Positions 16,153 to 26,342 of a stretch of DNA of 64,000 bases are shown one piece after another. The first letter of the stretch is position 1; each line of letters opens with the position of its first letter. The translations under genes were made by a program, and so were the position numbers. The stretch is from contig CAVRVY010000001.1 in assembly GCA_963724765.1 (NCBI GenBank), positions 256,001 to 320,000 on the forward strand. Reading direction: 5' to 3'. The notes under the pieces were generated by a model. That model saw only the letters and a list, made by a program, of their open reading frames with translations, was not told the origin of the DNA and did not search any database. This stretch comes from an uncultured delta proteobacterium (GTDB taxonomy: Bacteria > Desulfobacterota > Binatia > Binatales > Binataceae).

Positions 16153-18408
16153 TTACACTAGCGGCGGCAGCGGCTCTTCCGAAACGAAGCGGGTAAGGAT
16201 GTTTTGAATCATTCGCGAGCAGTTGTTGTGGTAATTATTGTGTGAAAGGCTGCCGCAAAAAGCGATTGAGCTGACCGAAAAGACTGCACCGCCATTGGAC
16301 GTTGTATAATACACGATGTCGCCCCGCACTCTGGCGGACTGAGTGCCGCTCACTCCCGGTGTGTTGAAATACATCTCTTCAAGCACTTCGAGGTAGACAT
16401 CAGTATGCTTTTCTGAGGAAGCGAGCAGGAGCGCATGGGGCGGCGTGCCGAGCTCGGTGTCGTAGATATCCAGCTCGAGTCCGGCCGCACCACCGCCGAC
16501 CAAGCCGAAATTTCCCAGGAGCTCGTTGGCCCCAATGCCTTCAAAGATAAAGGCCACGCGGGGATCAAAGCTGTCCGGCATTCGCCGGTAATACGACGAA
16601 ACGTCAAAACCTTCGGCGACGAATCCGGTGCCTGCGATCTTTTGCGGCGCCCGTCCGCGATGGCGCCACAGGGTGCCGTATTCGCCGGTGAAGCTCAGAT
16701 GGCGTTCGCCGGGCTTCGCTTTCCAGGCTTGCGAGCCGTTTTCCTTGCGTACCTCGATGATGTTGGGGTCGCTGGGATGATAGGCGATTATCCAGTAAAA
16801 GCCGTTAGCCCCCATATAGATAAAGCGGCCACCACTGCGCTGATATGTCTGGAGCGCGTCCAGCATCGACCCAGAGTAGTACTCCGGATGCGAACCGGTC
16901 AGCACGGCCTTGTAGGGCTTGAGCAGATCGGGGCCCTCGTAGTTTAGGTCCTGGTCGGTTATCACGTCGAAATCGAACCCTTTTTCGGTAAGCCAATCGA
17001 CGAGATGTAGGTCGGCATTGAACTGCCAGAGCGAGGGTGACAGCCAGTGGCGGTACTTGGGCCGCATGTTGAGGATCGGGCGCAGGCGCGATGAGTAAGC
17101 GACCCCGCTGCCGTCGGAATGGGTGTCGTAGGTGGAGAGGCCATATTCCCGATGTTGCGCGAGAAAAAGGTCCTGGCGTTGCATAACCGGGTTGCGCGCG
17201 ATCATGAGCTGGGCGACGCTCGAGTTGGTGGTCAGATGGTCATTGGCATAAGCCATGTAGGAGGCGGTCGGAGCCAGCAGCGCGATCCGCGACTCCTTCC
17301 CGCGCAGCGGCCGCACGTAGAAGGGGATATAATCCTCCTCGTCGCCGGCGCGCAGCCGTGCCGCGTAAATCCCGCTCTTGAGCTCGACCGGTACTAGCAG
17401 CTCGAAATCGGTTTCCCACCCGGCATCGTGTAGGTCATCGTCGTGGAAATGAATCGCGCTGTACTGTTCGGGAGCATGGATGAAGTTTTGCTCTTCGGAG
17501 GTCCAATTGTAGCCGGTCACCGCTCGGGTAGGCTGGTTGATCAGAGTGCCGTGCAGCCCGTTGAAGGAAAGATCGGTGAAGCCGCGACTGGCAATCCCCT
17601 GGCGCGAAATGCCGGCGGCAAAGTCCCAGCCAGCGATTAGATCGACGGGCTTGGGACTGTCCATAGCCTCGCGCTGCAGCGGATGCCGAGCTAAAAGGGG
17701 CCGGTCGATCTTGCCATTGTACTTGCCGCCGACCTTGAGCCGCGATCCCGTCGCGTGCTCAAGCCAACCACCGATCAACAGCGGTGCGCTGTTGGCGCCC
17801 AGCGGGCCGATCGAAATGGCTTTTTCAACCGCGGCCGGCGCGGCGTCACTCGGAGCGAGCATCGCACAGCGGCCGCTCATCGCTTCTGCGATCGGTTCCT
17901 GGCTGACCGTCATGCGGCCGGCGTGCAACGAGGCGCTGACGAAGTACCAACTGCCGGCTATCAGCGGCTTGCTCGAACTGAGTCTTTCGATCTTGCCCGA
18001 GCCATCGGCCAGCCACAGTGCCGCGCATCCCGATTCGTCGATCATCAATCCGTAGCCCAGGTTCTGTGCAGAATCCCACTTGGTGATAATTCCCTGCGCT
18101 CCCTTCCCGGGAGTCGTGGGACATATCATCGCGTGGAGAGCGAAACTGTCAAGATTTTGCAGGGCCGCGCTGTCGGGCACCAGGCCGTATGAGCCGGCGT
18201 GAATCTCCTGCTTGCGCGCCGGGTACTTGCCGCTTGCCGCAGTTTTTACCGGCTGCTCCTTGAAGCCAGGGCCAGCTGGGTTGGTGTCGCCATGGATCAG
18301 CCGAACGATTTCAACGTCGTAGTAGGGGTGATCCTCGACGCTGACCATGAACTTAATCCGTTCTCCGGGGAAAACACTGAGCTTGTCACAATAGCCGACA
18401 ATTTCCAC
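16153..18408 (-). CDS. N,N-dimethylformamidase large (beta) subunit family protein
   Basis: IVGYCDKLSV, IVRLIHGDTNPAGPGFKE, AIHFHDDDL, SYMAYAN, TGSHPEYYS. Confidence 0.9.
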   Translation of the reverse strand: MEIVGYCDKLSVFPGERIKFMVSVEDHPYYDVEIVRLIHGDTNPAGPGFKEQPVKTAASGKYPARKQEIHAGSYGLVPDSAALQNLDSFALHAMICPTTPGKGAQGIITKWDSAQNLGYGLMIDESGCAALWLADGSGKIERLSSSKPLIAGSWYFVSASLHAGRMTVSQEPIAEAMSGRCAMLAPSDAAPAAVEKAISIGPLGANSAPLLIGGWLEHATGSRLKVGGKYNGKIDRPLLARHPLQREAMDSPKPVDLIAGWDFAAGISRQGIASRGFTDLSFNGLHGTLINQPTRAVTGYNWTSEEQNFIHAPEQYSAIHFHDDDLHDAGWETDFELLVPVELKSGIYAARLRAGDEEDYIPFYVRPLRGKESRIALLAPTASYMAYANDHLTTNSSVAQLMIARNPVMQRQDLFLAQHREYGLSTYDTHSDGSGVAYSSRLRPILNMRPKYRHWLSPSLWQFNADLHLVDWLTEKGFDFDVITDQDLNYEGPDLLKPYKAVLTGSHPEYYSGSMLDALQTYQRSGGRFIYMGANGFYWIIAYHPSDPNIIEVRKENGSQAWKAKPGERHLSFTGEYGTLWRHRGRAPQKIAGTGFVAEGFDVSSYYRRMPDSFDPRVAFIFEGIGANELLGNFGLVGGGAAGLELDIYDTELGTPPHALLLASSEKHTDVYLEVLEEMYFNTPGVSGTQSARVRGDIVYYTTSNGGAVFSVSSIAFCGSLSHNNYHNNCSRMIQNILTRFVSEEPLPPLV

Positions 18409-18453
18409 GCGAAAATCTCCTTCCCAGCGGGGACACCGCGCCCGCGTGCCGCT

Positions 18454-18807
18454 TCAGATGCAGCCCAAATCGGCGAGCCGTTTGAGGAACACTCCATGCT
18501 CGGCCGCCTCCCGCGAGGCGAAACTCGCACTTTCGTCGATCGTCGGCGGTTCTCCGCGGACGCCCGAGAGGCGGGCGATGCGCCACTCCTGGTGGGGTTT
18601 GGTACAAACTAGGATGTACTTGCCGGCAGTTCGGAGGCCATAGCGCCGTAGATAAATCAGCAACCGTTCCAGCGCGTCGCTATGGATTCCGATCGGGTTG
18701 CGCTTATGTTCTTCGATAATTTCGTCGCTGATCAGCGGTTTGATCGTGTCGGCTAGAATCCGCGCATCGATCTCGCCATAGGCTGCATCGGCCTTAGAAG
18801 TTGTCAC
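18454..18807 (-). CDS. N,N-dimethylformamidase small (alpha) subunit-like protein
   Basis: IEEHKRNPIGIHSDALERLLIYLRR...AEHGVFLKR; directly upstream of the large subunit. Confidence 0.8.
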   Translation of the reverse strand: MTTSKADAAYGEIDARILADTIKPLISDEIIEEHKRNPIGIHSDALERLLIYLRRYGLRTAGKYILVCTKPHQEWRIARLSGVRGEPPTIDESASFASREAAEHGVFLKRLADLGCI

Positions 18808-18877
18808 CTTCGTTATCTCCCATGGTGCTTCGAGTCAGCGCCGCGCCGCTCATCCGATTGCGCAACAGCGGCGGCTT

Positions 18878-19771
18878 TCATTCATCGACGTAGTTCTCGG
18901 CGATCTCGCGGTGGGTCGTGAACCACACGTCGGGTTTACACTGCATGTATTGGATGATGTCCTCGAAGCACTTGAGCCGCATCCCACGACCCGTGCACTG
19001 CGGATGCTGGCAGGTGGTGTACACGCCGCCCGGTATGTTTTCGTACATGTAATTGAAATGGCCGAGCCAGACCTCTTTGACCTTCTCCGGGCTCGACAGC
19101 GGCGCCGAACCATACCAGCCGTTATTCGGGTCCAGGTAGTAAGACATGAATTCATAGTGAGGAAAATCGTCGAGGTCCCACATGAATGGGATCTCGACGA
19201 TCTTCGAGGCGTTCCCGTACTTGATATCGTAGGGCTCCTCGAATTGGTATTTGTCGCCAACCCGCAGGCGATATGGGACGAAGTCGCTGCCCTGCATCGA
19301 GCTGTCGTAGAGATAGCCCTCTTCGAGCAGAAGTTGGGGCATGTCCGCGCCGTAGTCGACAATTGGCGAGCGGAACCCCGTCGGACGCGTTCCCGTGACC
19401 TTTTCGATGGCGTCGAGCTGCTGGCGCAGATAGCCGCGCATCTCCTCCACGCTGGTATTGGTTCCCAGCAGCCCGACTTCCTTGGGCTGGTGATACATGC
19501 CGTGAGAGCCGATGTCGTGACCACGCGTCACGATCTCTTTGGTCTCGCTGGGATGATGAAGCGCAGTGTGCCCGGGCACGTAGAACGTTCCTTTGATTTT
19601 GTATTTGTCCAAAAGATCAAGGATCCGCCTGAGCCCCTCTACCCCGAACTCACCGCGCGACAGCGGGTTCATGGTGTGAAATTTAAAACAGCCCAACCAT
19701 AGGCTGGTTATGTCCACATCGAACGAGAAACAGACCGCAAACCTCTTGCCACCGGGCATTTTGACTGCCAT
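18878..19771 (-). CDS. Polysaccharide deacetylase (CE4, PuuE/PgdA-like)
   Basis: FSFDVD, GTFYVPG, GHDIGSHGMYH, GFRSP, YLYDSS. Confidence 0.88.
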   Translation of the reverse strand: MAVKMPGGKRFAVCFSFDVDITSLWLGCFKFHTMNPLSRGEFGVEGLRRILDLLDKYKIKGTFYVPGHTALHHPSETKEIVTRGHDIGSHGMYHQPKEVGLLGTNTSVEEMRGYLRQQLDAIEKVTGTRPTGFRSPIVDYGADMPQLLLEEGYLYDSSMQGSDFVPYRLRVGDKYQFEEPYDIKYGNASKIVEIPFMWDLDDFPHYEFMSYYLDPNNGWYGSAPLSSPEKVKEVWLGHFNYMYENIPGGVYTTCQHPQCTGRGMRLKCFEDIIQYMQCKPDVWFTTHREIAENYVDE

Positions 19772-20029
19772 CTGGAGTATCCTCCTCCACGTGGTAGGGT
19801 TACCGCTTGCAACGAACGAATCGCGTTGAGGCGCTCATTAGCGCTTTCGGAATTTTTTTAAAGCGCTGAGATAGTACAACGCCTAATTTCTCAGCCACTG
19901 GCCTGTTCTTTAATTAGACACGCTCGCTGCCGTCCGCCTACGCCGACTACAGAATGTGCCTAGCACAAAACATCGAAACTCCGCAAACTAATAGTTAAAA
20001 AAATTGCCTACGGATAAACTTCCGGTGAG

Positions 20030-20520
20030 GCGGGCGACCCAGCCCCGTGCGCAAGGTCGCTGCCGTGATTGGTTGGAATCCGGTTGCGGTCATGTATACG
20101 GCCTCTTGGATGGAGCTCAATGCGTTCCGGGCCAGGATGGAACTCCGGGGCAGCTTCTCCTGATCAGGCGAACGGGCTTAGTGCCCTGAGGGTTCGACAG
20201 GTTTGTAAAGGTGCCGGTCCGACCGGTTCGCCATCAGCTTGGCAGACAACCTTCGCAACTCCTTGGCAGGGTTTTCCCGGCGCGCCCCTTCAGGCGGCTG
20301 GGACGCGGTAATCCTCGCTGCGCGCGAGCAGCGCCGATAGCACGCGTGCGTTCTTATTGGCTAATGCCACTGCTGCGATATTGGTGCCGCGCCGTTCCCT
20401 GAACGCGCCGATCCAACGGCTGCGTGGATCGCGCTTGGCGGCAGGCGAAGCGCAGCGTCGCGCGCGCCTGTGGATCAGCCAGGTGCTGTAGATAGCGGGT
20501 CGCTCCACGCTTACTGATAC
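20030..20520 (-). mobile_element. IS110-family (IS1111-type) remnant: transposase 3' end plus downstream non-coding region
   Basis: RRGTNIAAVALANKNARVLSALL C-terminal motif ending at 20290, followed by about 250 nt of non-coding sequence. Confidence 0.75.
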
Positions 20521-20544
20521 CGAGTAGTACGCTGCGCCCGGCGC

Positions 20545-20773
20545 TCGAGTGCTGCCGCGGTATGGTGGTGTTCGACGAAGCGCAGTTGGGTGGTGTTCTG
20601 AAGAATTACGCTTCGTATTACAACCAGGTCCGGACGCATCTCTTATTGGACAAGAATGCGCCGGACTTTCCGGACTTTCGGCGCCCGCAGAAGCTCGGCC
20701 TCATCGCAGCCATCTCAATTCTGGGTGGGCTGCATCACTAATATGTCAGGGTTTAGGTTTTGACTAAGCACAG
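20545..20773 (+). pseudogene. Integrase-core-domain transposase C-terminal remnant
   Basis: LKNYASYYNQVRTHL...DKNAP...ILGGLHH*YVRV, with frameshifts and stops. Confidence 0.7.
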
Positions 20774-20775
20774 CG

Positions 20776-21410
20776 ATGTCGCGCTCGGGCGTTAGCTGTC
20801 TCTGCTGTGGCCTGCCCTCGATGAGTCGAGAGGATCTTCGGCTCGAAGGCGAAGCCGGACGCCTCGGAATGATTATGACAGCGGTTGTGGTCGATGGTGC
20901 AGGCGGGAAGGAATACCGGCTGCCGATCGACGATGAGATTCGCTCGGCGGCGGAAGCCGAGAATGAAATCGCCCGCGTTTTCACGAACGTTCCCTTCTGG
21001 GATTCCAAATGAGCGAATACCTGAAGGTGGCAGCCGTACTGGTGGCGGCTCACCATTCACCGTCCACCTATTCGGGCTGACGAGATGGCGCGATCTCTTC
21101 ACGCCTCGCCAACTCTTTGCGCTTGGCACGCTTCTGAAGTACACGCGTAGCGCGACTGTAAGCGTCGGCGGATCGCCTGACTGGACTGAAGGAATTTCGA
21201 GCTATTTGGCTTGCGGTTTGGATCGACTACTCGACTTCAGCAACGTGAACACCTAATGGAAGATAGACGCTTCGACAATTAATCACTCCTTCGTCAGATT
21301 TGCACTCCCTATCATTTGAGATTTCGCCGAAGGAAATACAATCGGCGATACTGCTGGTTCATATAAAATGTGCCTTGAACGAGTGGTCACCGGACTCGAG
21401 GTAGGTGCCT
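20776..21410 (+). pseudogene. DUF1156-type adenine methyltransferase internal fragment
   Basis: CLCCG...GRLG.IMTAVVVDG..GKEYR, FGLTRWRDLFTPRQL, FVRFALPII*DFAEGN; frameshift and in-frame stops. Confidence 0.7.
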
Positions 21411-21581
21411 CTTCCTTTCGAGGAGGAACCTCGAAAGTGTTGCGCCAGTCAGCGATTGCGCCGCTTTCGCAATGCGTCACCAGTTGCGGCAACAAGAAGA
21501 AATTGCCCGTGCCGCAAAGCGACAGGACGGTCCACGCGGAATCACGGGAGGCATCTAAAGCTGAAATTCGCGACAGCTCAA

Positions 21582-22568
21582 TCAGAGTTTCGTGGCGGAT
21601 GAAACTGATTGAGCCCGCCCCACCGTGGGCGTTTGCTGCGGAGGGACCGCCGATTTGCTGACCTCGGCTTGCATCATCTCAATAAAAAGTCTGGCTTGGA
21701 GAGAAAGAAGCTTCTTTCGGCGCACTACCACCCCATACGCTCGGTTCGGAAAGTACTGCCCCATTGGCGCAATATGAAGATTCTCTCTGCCCGTCAGGCA
21801 GATGGCGGTAACAATCGATACGCCCAGGTTCTGCTCAACATACTTCTTTATCACTTCCCAGCCACCAGCCTCAAAAAGAACGCGGCACTCCAAGTCATGC
21901 TGAGCAAAGACCGTCTTGACCAGGCGCCAGGTGTTGAGGTGACGAGGCGGAAGAATCAGCCCGTGCGGGCTAATGTCGCGCAGTGTCGGTTTGGAGAGGG
22001 AGGCTAACGGATGCTCACGGGCGGTTATTAGCATTTTTGGATAGGTAAAGAGAGGCCGAAAAGAGATGTCGTCAGGTATCTCGATCATGGAACCGATTCC
22101 AAAATCAAAATCATCTGCCCGCAGCATCGCGATGCCATCGAGTCCGGTGACGTTGTGGAGACGAAAACGGATCTCTGGATACTTAGTAGAGAAGCGTTTT
22201 ACAAACTGTGGCAGCAGATAGAGCAACGTAGATTCTGCTGCCGCAATATCGAGTTCACCGCGATTCGCCATGCCCCGCAACTCGGCGAAGGTCCTAGGCA
22301 GTGCCTCTATCTGCTCAATCAGTGGCAGTGCCAGATCGAGCAGCATTTTTCCTTCCGACGTGAGTCTGATTCCCGTCCCACGGCGCCTGAAAAGTGTCGT
22401 TCCGAGCCCCCGCTCCAGTCCTCGGATTCGGAGCGAGACCGAAGGCTGTGTAAGCGATATCCGTTCGGCCGCCTTCGTGATGCTGCCCGTCAGGGCGGCA
22501 TAACAGAACCCCCTCAACTGTTGGACAAGATTACCCTTGCCGTTCGCGGAAAAGTACTGCGCGCTCAT
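21582..22568 (-). CDS. LysR-family transcriptional regulator (CysB/Cbl-like)
   Basis: GSITKAAERISLTQPSVSLRIRGLE HTH; IKKYVEQNLGVSIV. Confidence 0.92.
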   Translation of the reverse strand: MSAQYFSANGKGNLVQQLRGFCYAALTGSITKAAERISLTQPSVSLRIRGLERGLGTTLFRRRGTGIRLTSEGKMLLDLALPLIEQIEALPRTFAELRGMANRGELDIAAAESTLLYLLPQFVKRFSTKYPEIRFRLHNVTGLDGIAMLRADDFDFGIGSMIEIPDDISFRPLFTYPKMLITAREHPLASLSKPTLRDISPHGLILPPRHLNTWRLVKTVFAQHDLECRVLFEAGGWEVIKKYVEQNLGVSIVTAICLTGRENLHIAPMGQYFPNRAYGVVVRRKKLLSLQARLFIEMMQAEVSKSAVPPQQTPTVGRAQSVSSATKL

Positions 22569-22930
22569 AAGCTCAATTTATATCATGCATAAGTTTCATT
22601 GTCTTGGCAAATGGTTGTCAATAGTGCTGTCTTGAGAGGACCTGAGGTGCGAAATCTGAAACCGCTTAGATAATGACGGGACCACCAGTTCTGCCAAAGC
22701 CAGAGACCCGACAAGAGGGGAAAACGCCCATGCTTGGCAAGTTTGTCACAGGAGTTGTTTCAACGTCCTGTTGGGAGCTCCAGGGATGTGATCGACAAAA
22801 TGCGTCGGCTAACAAACTACGACACGGGCGTCCACCTCCAAAAAAAGGCCCTCTAAAAAACTCGACGAGATCGTTGCTCGCGCAACCAAAAAAGAACGGA
22901 GGTTACGTAAACATTTTGGGGGATTCGAAA

Positions 22931-23197
22931 ATGAAGAATTTAAAGGCAGCTTTTATCTTGCTCGTTGCTCTCGCTGTCGTGAGCCTGAATGGCGGTCTGG
23001 GTATGGCTGGCGGGGACGGGAGCTCGGGGAACCCAAACTGCGAGGTCGCTGCGACAGTTGGTATCGAACAACTGGTTGCTGACTATTACGGCGAGGTGAG
23101 GCTGACTTCGGAGGGTTGGAAGTTCGAGCTGTGGGAGCCGACCGAGGACGAGCCATCGGAAATCCCGGGCTGTTTAGCGAACAACCAGAATCCCTGA
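22931..23197 (+). CDS. Small exported hypothetical protein
   Basis: RBS GGGGG; signal peptide MKNLKAAFILLVALAVV; two Cys. Confidence 0.55.
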   Translation: MKNLKAAFILLVALAVVSLNGGLGMAGGDGSSGNPNCEVAATVGIEQLVADYYGEVRLTSEGWKFELWEPTEDEPSEIPGCLANNQNP

Positions 23198-23369
23198 GAT
23201 GTGAAAATTAGTACTTCATCCGACCGTGAAGTGAGGTCGCCCGGTGTCGGATTTGAGTAGTGTATGAGGATATACACCATTGCTGTCGGGCGCGTTCGCT
23301 TAGCAAGACGTGATCAAACCGCCAGTAGTGAAAAAATAACATTATAAAACGCTTGGGGGACGGATAGAT

Positions 23370-24026
23370 ATGAAAGACTTAAAACTGCTCTTTCTCTCGT
23401 TGCTTGCAGTCGCTGCTTTTGTCCTGACTAGCGGTCTGGCTCGGGCTGGAGGACATCAAGCGCCAATCAATCCGGTTAAAACGTGCGGCGTGGGCCCGAC
23501 GGACGACATCGTCGCGATTGATCAGCTATGGGATGCTTACGCACACAACCTAGATTCTGGCGATGCGAAGGGTGTGGCAAACCTGTTTACCCACGACGGT
23601 GGTTATATCCTACTGTACAACAATCGTGTGACTCAGACGTTGGTCCCTATGGGATACAGCCCTACCACGACCGGCAACGGGACCAGCGGTACTCCTGGCG
23701 GTGGATGCACGGCGCTGGGCTACAACGCGATTGTTAACTTCCTAACCAATATCGGTCTAGGCAACGATTACCCACGGGCACAACTTTCGCATCATATCGT
23801 TACTAGCAAGTGCATCGACGTGCAAGGTAATCAGGCTACCATGACGGCCTACTGGAATGGACTCACGGGTCCTAACGACGAAGTATCCCCTCCCACCACA
23901 ACTACGACGGTGTCTGACGGCGGTCAATACGACAATACCTACGTGAAAGTTAACGGAGTCTGGAAGGCTGACCAGAATCGGGTCATCTTCGATACGAATA
24001 TCGTTGATTATCCTTGTCTGAACTAA
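23370..24026 (+). CDS. Exported SnoaL/NTF2-like protein
   Basis: Signal peptide; IDQLWDAYAHNLDSGD...LFTHDG, HHIVT, GQYDNTYVKVNGVWK. Confidence 0.8.
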   Translation: MKDLKLLFLSLLAVAAFVLTSGLARAGGHQAPINPVKTCGVGPTDDIVAIDQLWDAYAHNLDSGDAKGVANLFTHDGGYILLYNNRVTQTLVPMGYSPTTTGNGTSGTPGGGCTALGYNAIVNFLTNIGLGNDYPRAQLSHHIVTSKCIDVQGNQATMTAYWNGLTGPNDEVSPPTTTTTVSDGGQYDNTYVKVNGVWKADQNRVIFDTNIVDYPCLN

Positions 24027-24040
24027 TTAAGTAGTACTGC

Positions 24041-24078
24041 GAGCCCGAAGTGCGGAGTCCGACTCCGCACCTCGGGTC
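24041..24078 (+). terminator. Strong stem-loop after the SnoaL-like gene
   Basis: CCCGAAGTGCGGAGT-CCG-ACTCCGCACCTCGGG inverted repeat; no clear U tract. Confidence 0.55.
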
Positions 24079-24199
24079 AGACCTCAAAATCCAAGGTCTC
24101 TTTTGAACGACGATCGATCCCGCTGCTAGCTCGGGCTTGGAACAGGGACCGCCTTTTGGGTTTAAGTGTGTCCTCCTTGTCTGACGGAACCGCACCGTG

Positions 24200-24614
24200 G
24201 AGCGCTCCGGACACGCGCAGGAAGCTTTTACAGGGGCCGGCGGGAAAAGGGTTTGGTTGCGACCAACTGGCGGAGATGCAAAAGATCATCGACGCCGAGA
24301 AGAGTGACCTCTTCGATGTGCTGGCCCATGTTGCCTATGCACTGCCGCCGCTGACACGCGAGGAGCGCGCTACCAGGGCCAAGGTCGTTATCAGCACCCA
24401 CTTCAACAGGAAGCAGCGGGTCTTCCTCGACTTCGTGCTGTCGCATTATGTGAGCGTCGGGGTGGATGAACTCGACCAGGAAAAGCTGACGCCGCTGCTC
24501 CACCTGAAATACCACAACTCCATTGCCGACGCGGTGGCTGATCTCGGAAGGCCCGAAGAGATCAGCAAGGTTTTCGCTGGCTTCCAAAGGTTTCTGTATC
24601 AGGAGGCCGCGTAG
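24200..24614 (+). pseudogene. Type I restriction R subunit (EcoEI R C-terminal) fragment
   Basis: PDTRRKLL...QKIIDAEKSDLFDVLAHVAY...FLDFVLSHYV..GVDELD; N-terminal part missing. Confidence 0.8.
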
Positions 24615-24852
24615 CTGCGTCTCGACGTCCTGTGCGGCCTGCTCGGCGGGCGATTATCTACTCCGGCCCGGCGGGACGACCCAGACGCGAAACTTCGGCA
24701 TTGTGCTGGAACTGAAGCCGCCGTATCTGGCGCGCGTGTGCTCGTGACTGCGGGTTGCCACTCACTCAGGTACCTTCAGGTAACATCCAAGCGTAGAACT
24801 AATCCGGACGGAGGAACCGACCCGGAATAGCCATAGACCCTAGGGGGGGGCG

Positions 24853-25113
24853 TTGGTTGTTTCGGGTGTTTTCATTTTGGAGGACGAAGGCTTGATCAGC
24901 GCGCAGCGACTTTTATCGGCAACAGACGTCACGCGGGTCTGCGGGATCTCCCGGACGGCGCTCTCAAAGATGCGACTCAGAGGCGATGGTCCGCCCTCGA
25001 CGAAGGTCGGCAGCGTAGCCATCACCCCACTCGACAAGTTCCTAGACTGGATTAGTCGGGAACTCAGCCGGGTATCGCGGCCTCGTTGGCTCCGGAAGCT
25101 AGCCAGGTGGTAG
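24853..25113 (+). CDS. AlpA/excisionase-like HTH protein (possibly degenerate)
   Basis: RLLSATDVTRVCGISRTALSKMRLRGDGPP..KVG. Confidence 0.6.
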   Translation: MVVSGVFILEDEGLISAQRLLSATDVTRVCGISRTALSKMRLRGDGPPSTKVGSVAITPLDKFLDWISRELSRVSRPRWLRKLARW

Positions 25114-25630
25114 GCGATGGTCGTCGCATTATATCTGGAAGGGCGTATCGCGCTGGTTCATCTATTCGCCCAGCAAGTTCGGCTATTCGGCCTTCAGCCG
25201 GGACGACGCGATTCAGGAAGCCCACTTAATGTGCGGCGACGATCTCCGGCTAGTTCCGGGCACCGCGTCGGGAGTTTCCAATGCAACCTAATCAGCCCGT
25301 GGCGCGGCTTTTCCGTCTTGGGGACGGCCAGCACTGGCCGTCGTCGATGGCCACTATGGATGCGCTCGCGCCAACGCGGCGCGAAGCCTTAGACCTAATC
25401 CGCGCCGAGCTGATGATCGACATCGAGGTATAGTCGGGGACGGCCTAATTTCCATGCCCGGACTTGGTTCATGTGCGATTGAGAACCGAGCGCGGACGCC
25501 GGAGCGGCGATATACACACGCGAATGCGGCTGCCGTGGGCCTACTGGATCCGGCAGAAGAGGCGGAGATCGACCGACTTGCAGCGAACGACGGCTGACGC
25601 AAATAGATAAAGCCGAAAAGGAGAAGTTCA

Positions 25631-26311
25631 GTGGACCGAGAACATTACGCACAGTTGACCGACGAAAGGCCGGTGCCGCATGCCCCGCTGCCGACATCCG
25701 GCTCCGAGATGCTGCGGCCGGACCAATGGAATCAAGAACAAGCGCTACGCGATCAGATGCGTGCCGTTGATTCCGAGGTGATAAAAGAGGCGGACGACAC
25801 GGCTGAGGCGCTGCGTATGCGGGAGCAGGCTGCCGAGTTAGGCGTCCGAGAGATCGCGTGGAAGTCGGCGATCAAGGGTGCAGCGCAAGGTCGCAACCGG
25901 GCCACGTGCTTAGCCAACAAGATGATCGCTGACTACGAACGGCGAATTGTCCCCACCAAAGAGGCCGAGGGCCTAACTGGTTTGCGGCGACTGATCGAGG
26001 AGATCGAGGCCGGACAACATGCCGCGATCGATACGATGATGCTGGCCCGGAACCAAGAGGATATGGAAACCGCCGCCGCTAACGAGGCGGCACCGCAAGC
26101 TGACGTAAACCGGGGAGCGCGCGGGATGTCCGATCGCCAGGCCTACGACTGGTTGGTTGAGCGCGGCTTAAGGCTGCGCTTGCGCAAGGGTGTGATCGAG
26201 GTCGCGCCCAAGGACGCGGCTACCTTCCGGGAAAGGGCGATGGTCAGGCTCCATCGCGAGGGGCTGACGGGATTGCTTCAGCAAATGGCAGACTTTGGGC
26301 CGGTCGATTGA
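25631..26311 (+). CDS. Hypothetical protein of the integrative element remnant
   Basis: RBS AAGGAG and GTG start; 226-aa helical ORF. Confidence 0.6.
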   Translation: MDREHYAQLTDERPVPHAPLPTSGSEMLRPDQWNQEQALRDQMRAVDSEVIKEADDTAEALRMREQAAELGVREIAWKSAIKGAAQGRNRATCLANKMIADYERRIVPTKEAEGLTGLRRLIEEIEAGQHAAIDTMMLARNQEDMETAAANEAAPQADVNRGARGMSDRQAYDWLVERGLRLRLRKGVIEVAPKDAATFRERAMVRLHREGLTGLLQQMADFGPVD

Positions 26312-26342
26312 CCGGTCCCATTGGGCGGCGGGTACAGGATCC

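Noticed and set aside
15032-24785. Similar motifs GGTTACATTTAGGTAACA (about 15032) and GGTACCTTCAGGTAACA (about 24769) as att sites of a 9.7-kb island
   Set aside because: Short, imperfect match and no integrase between them
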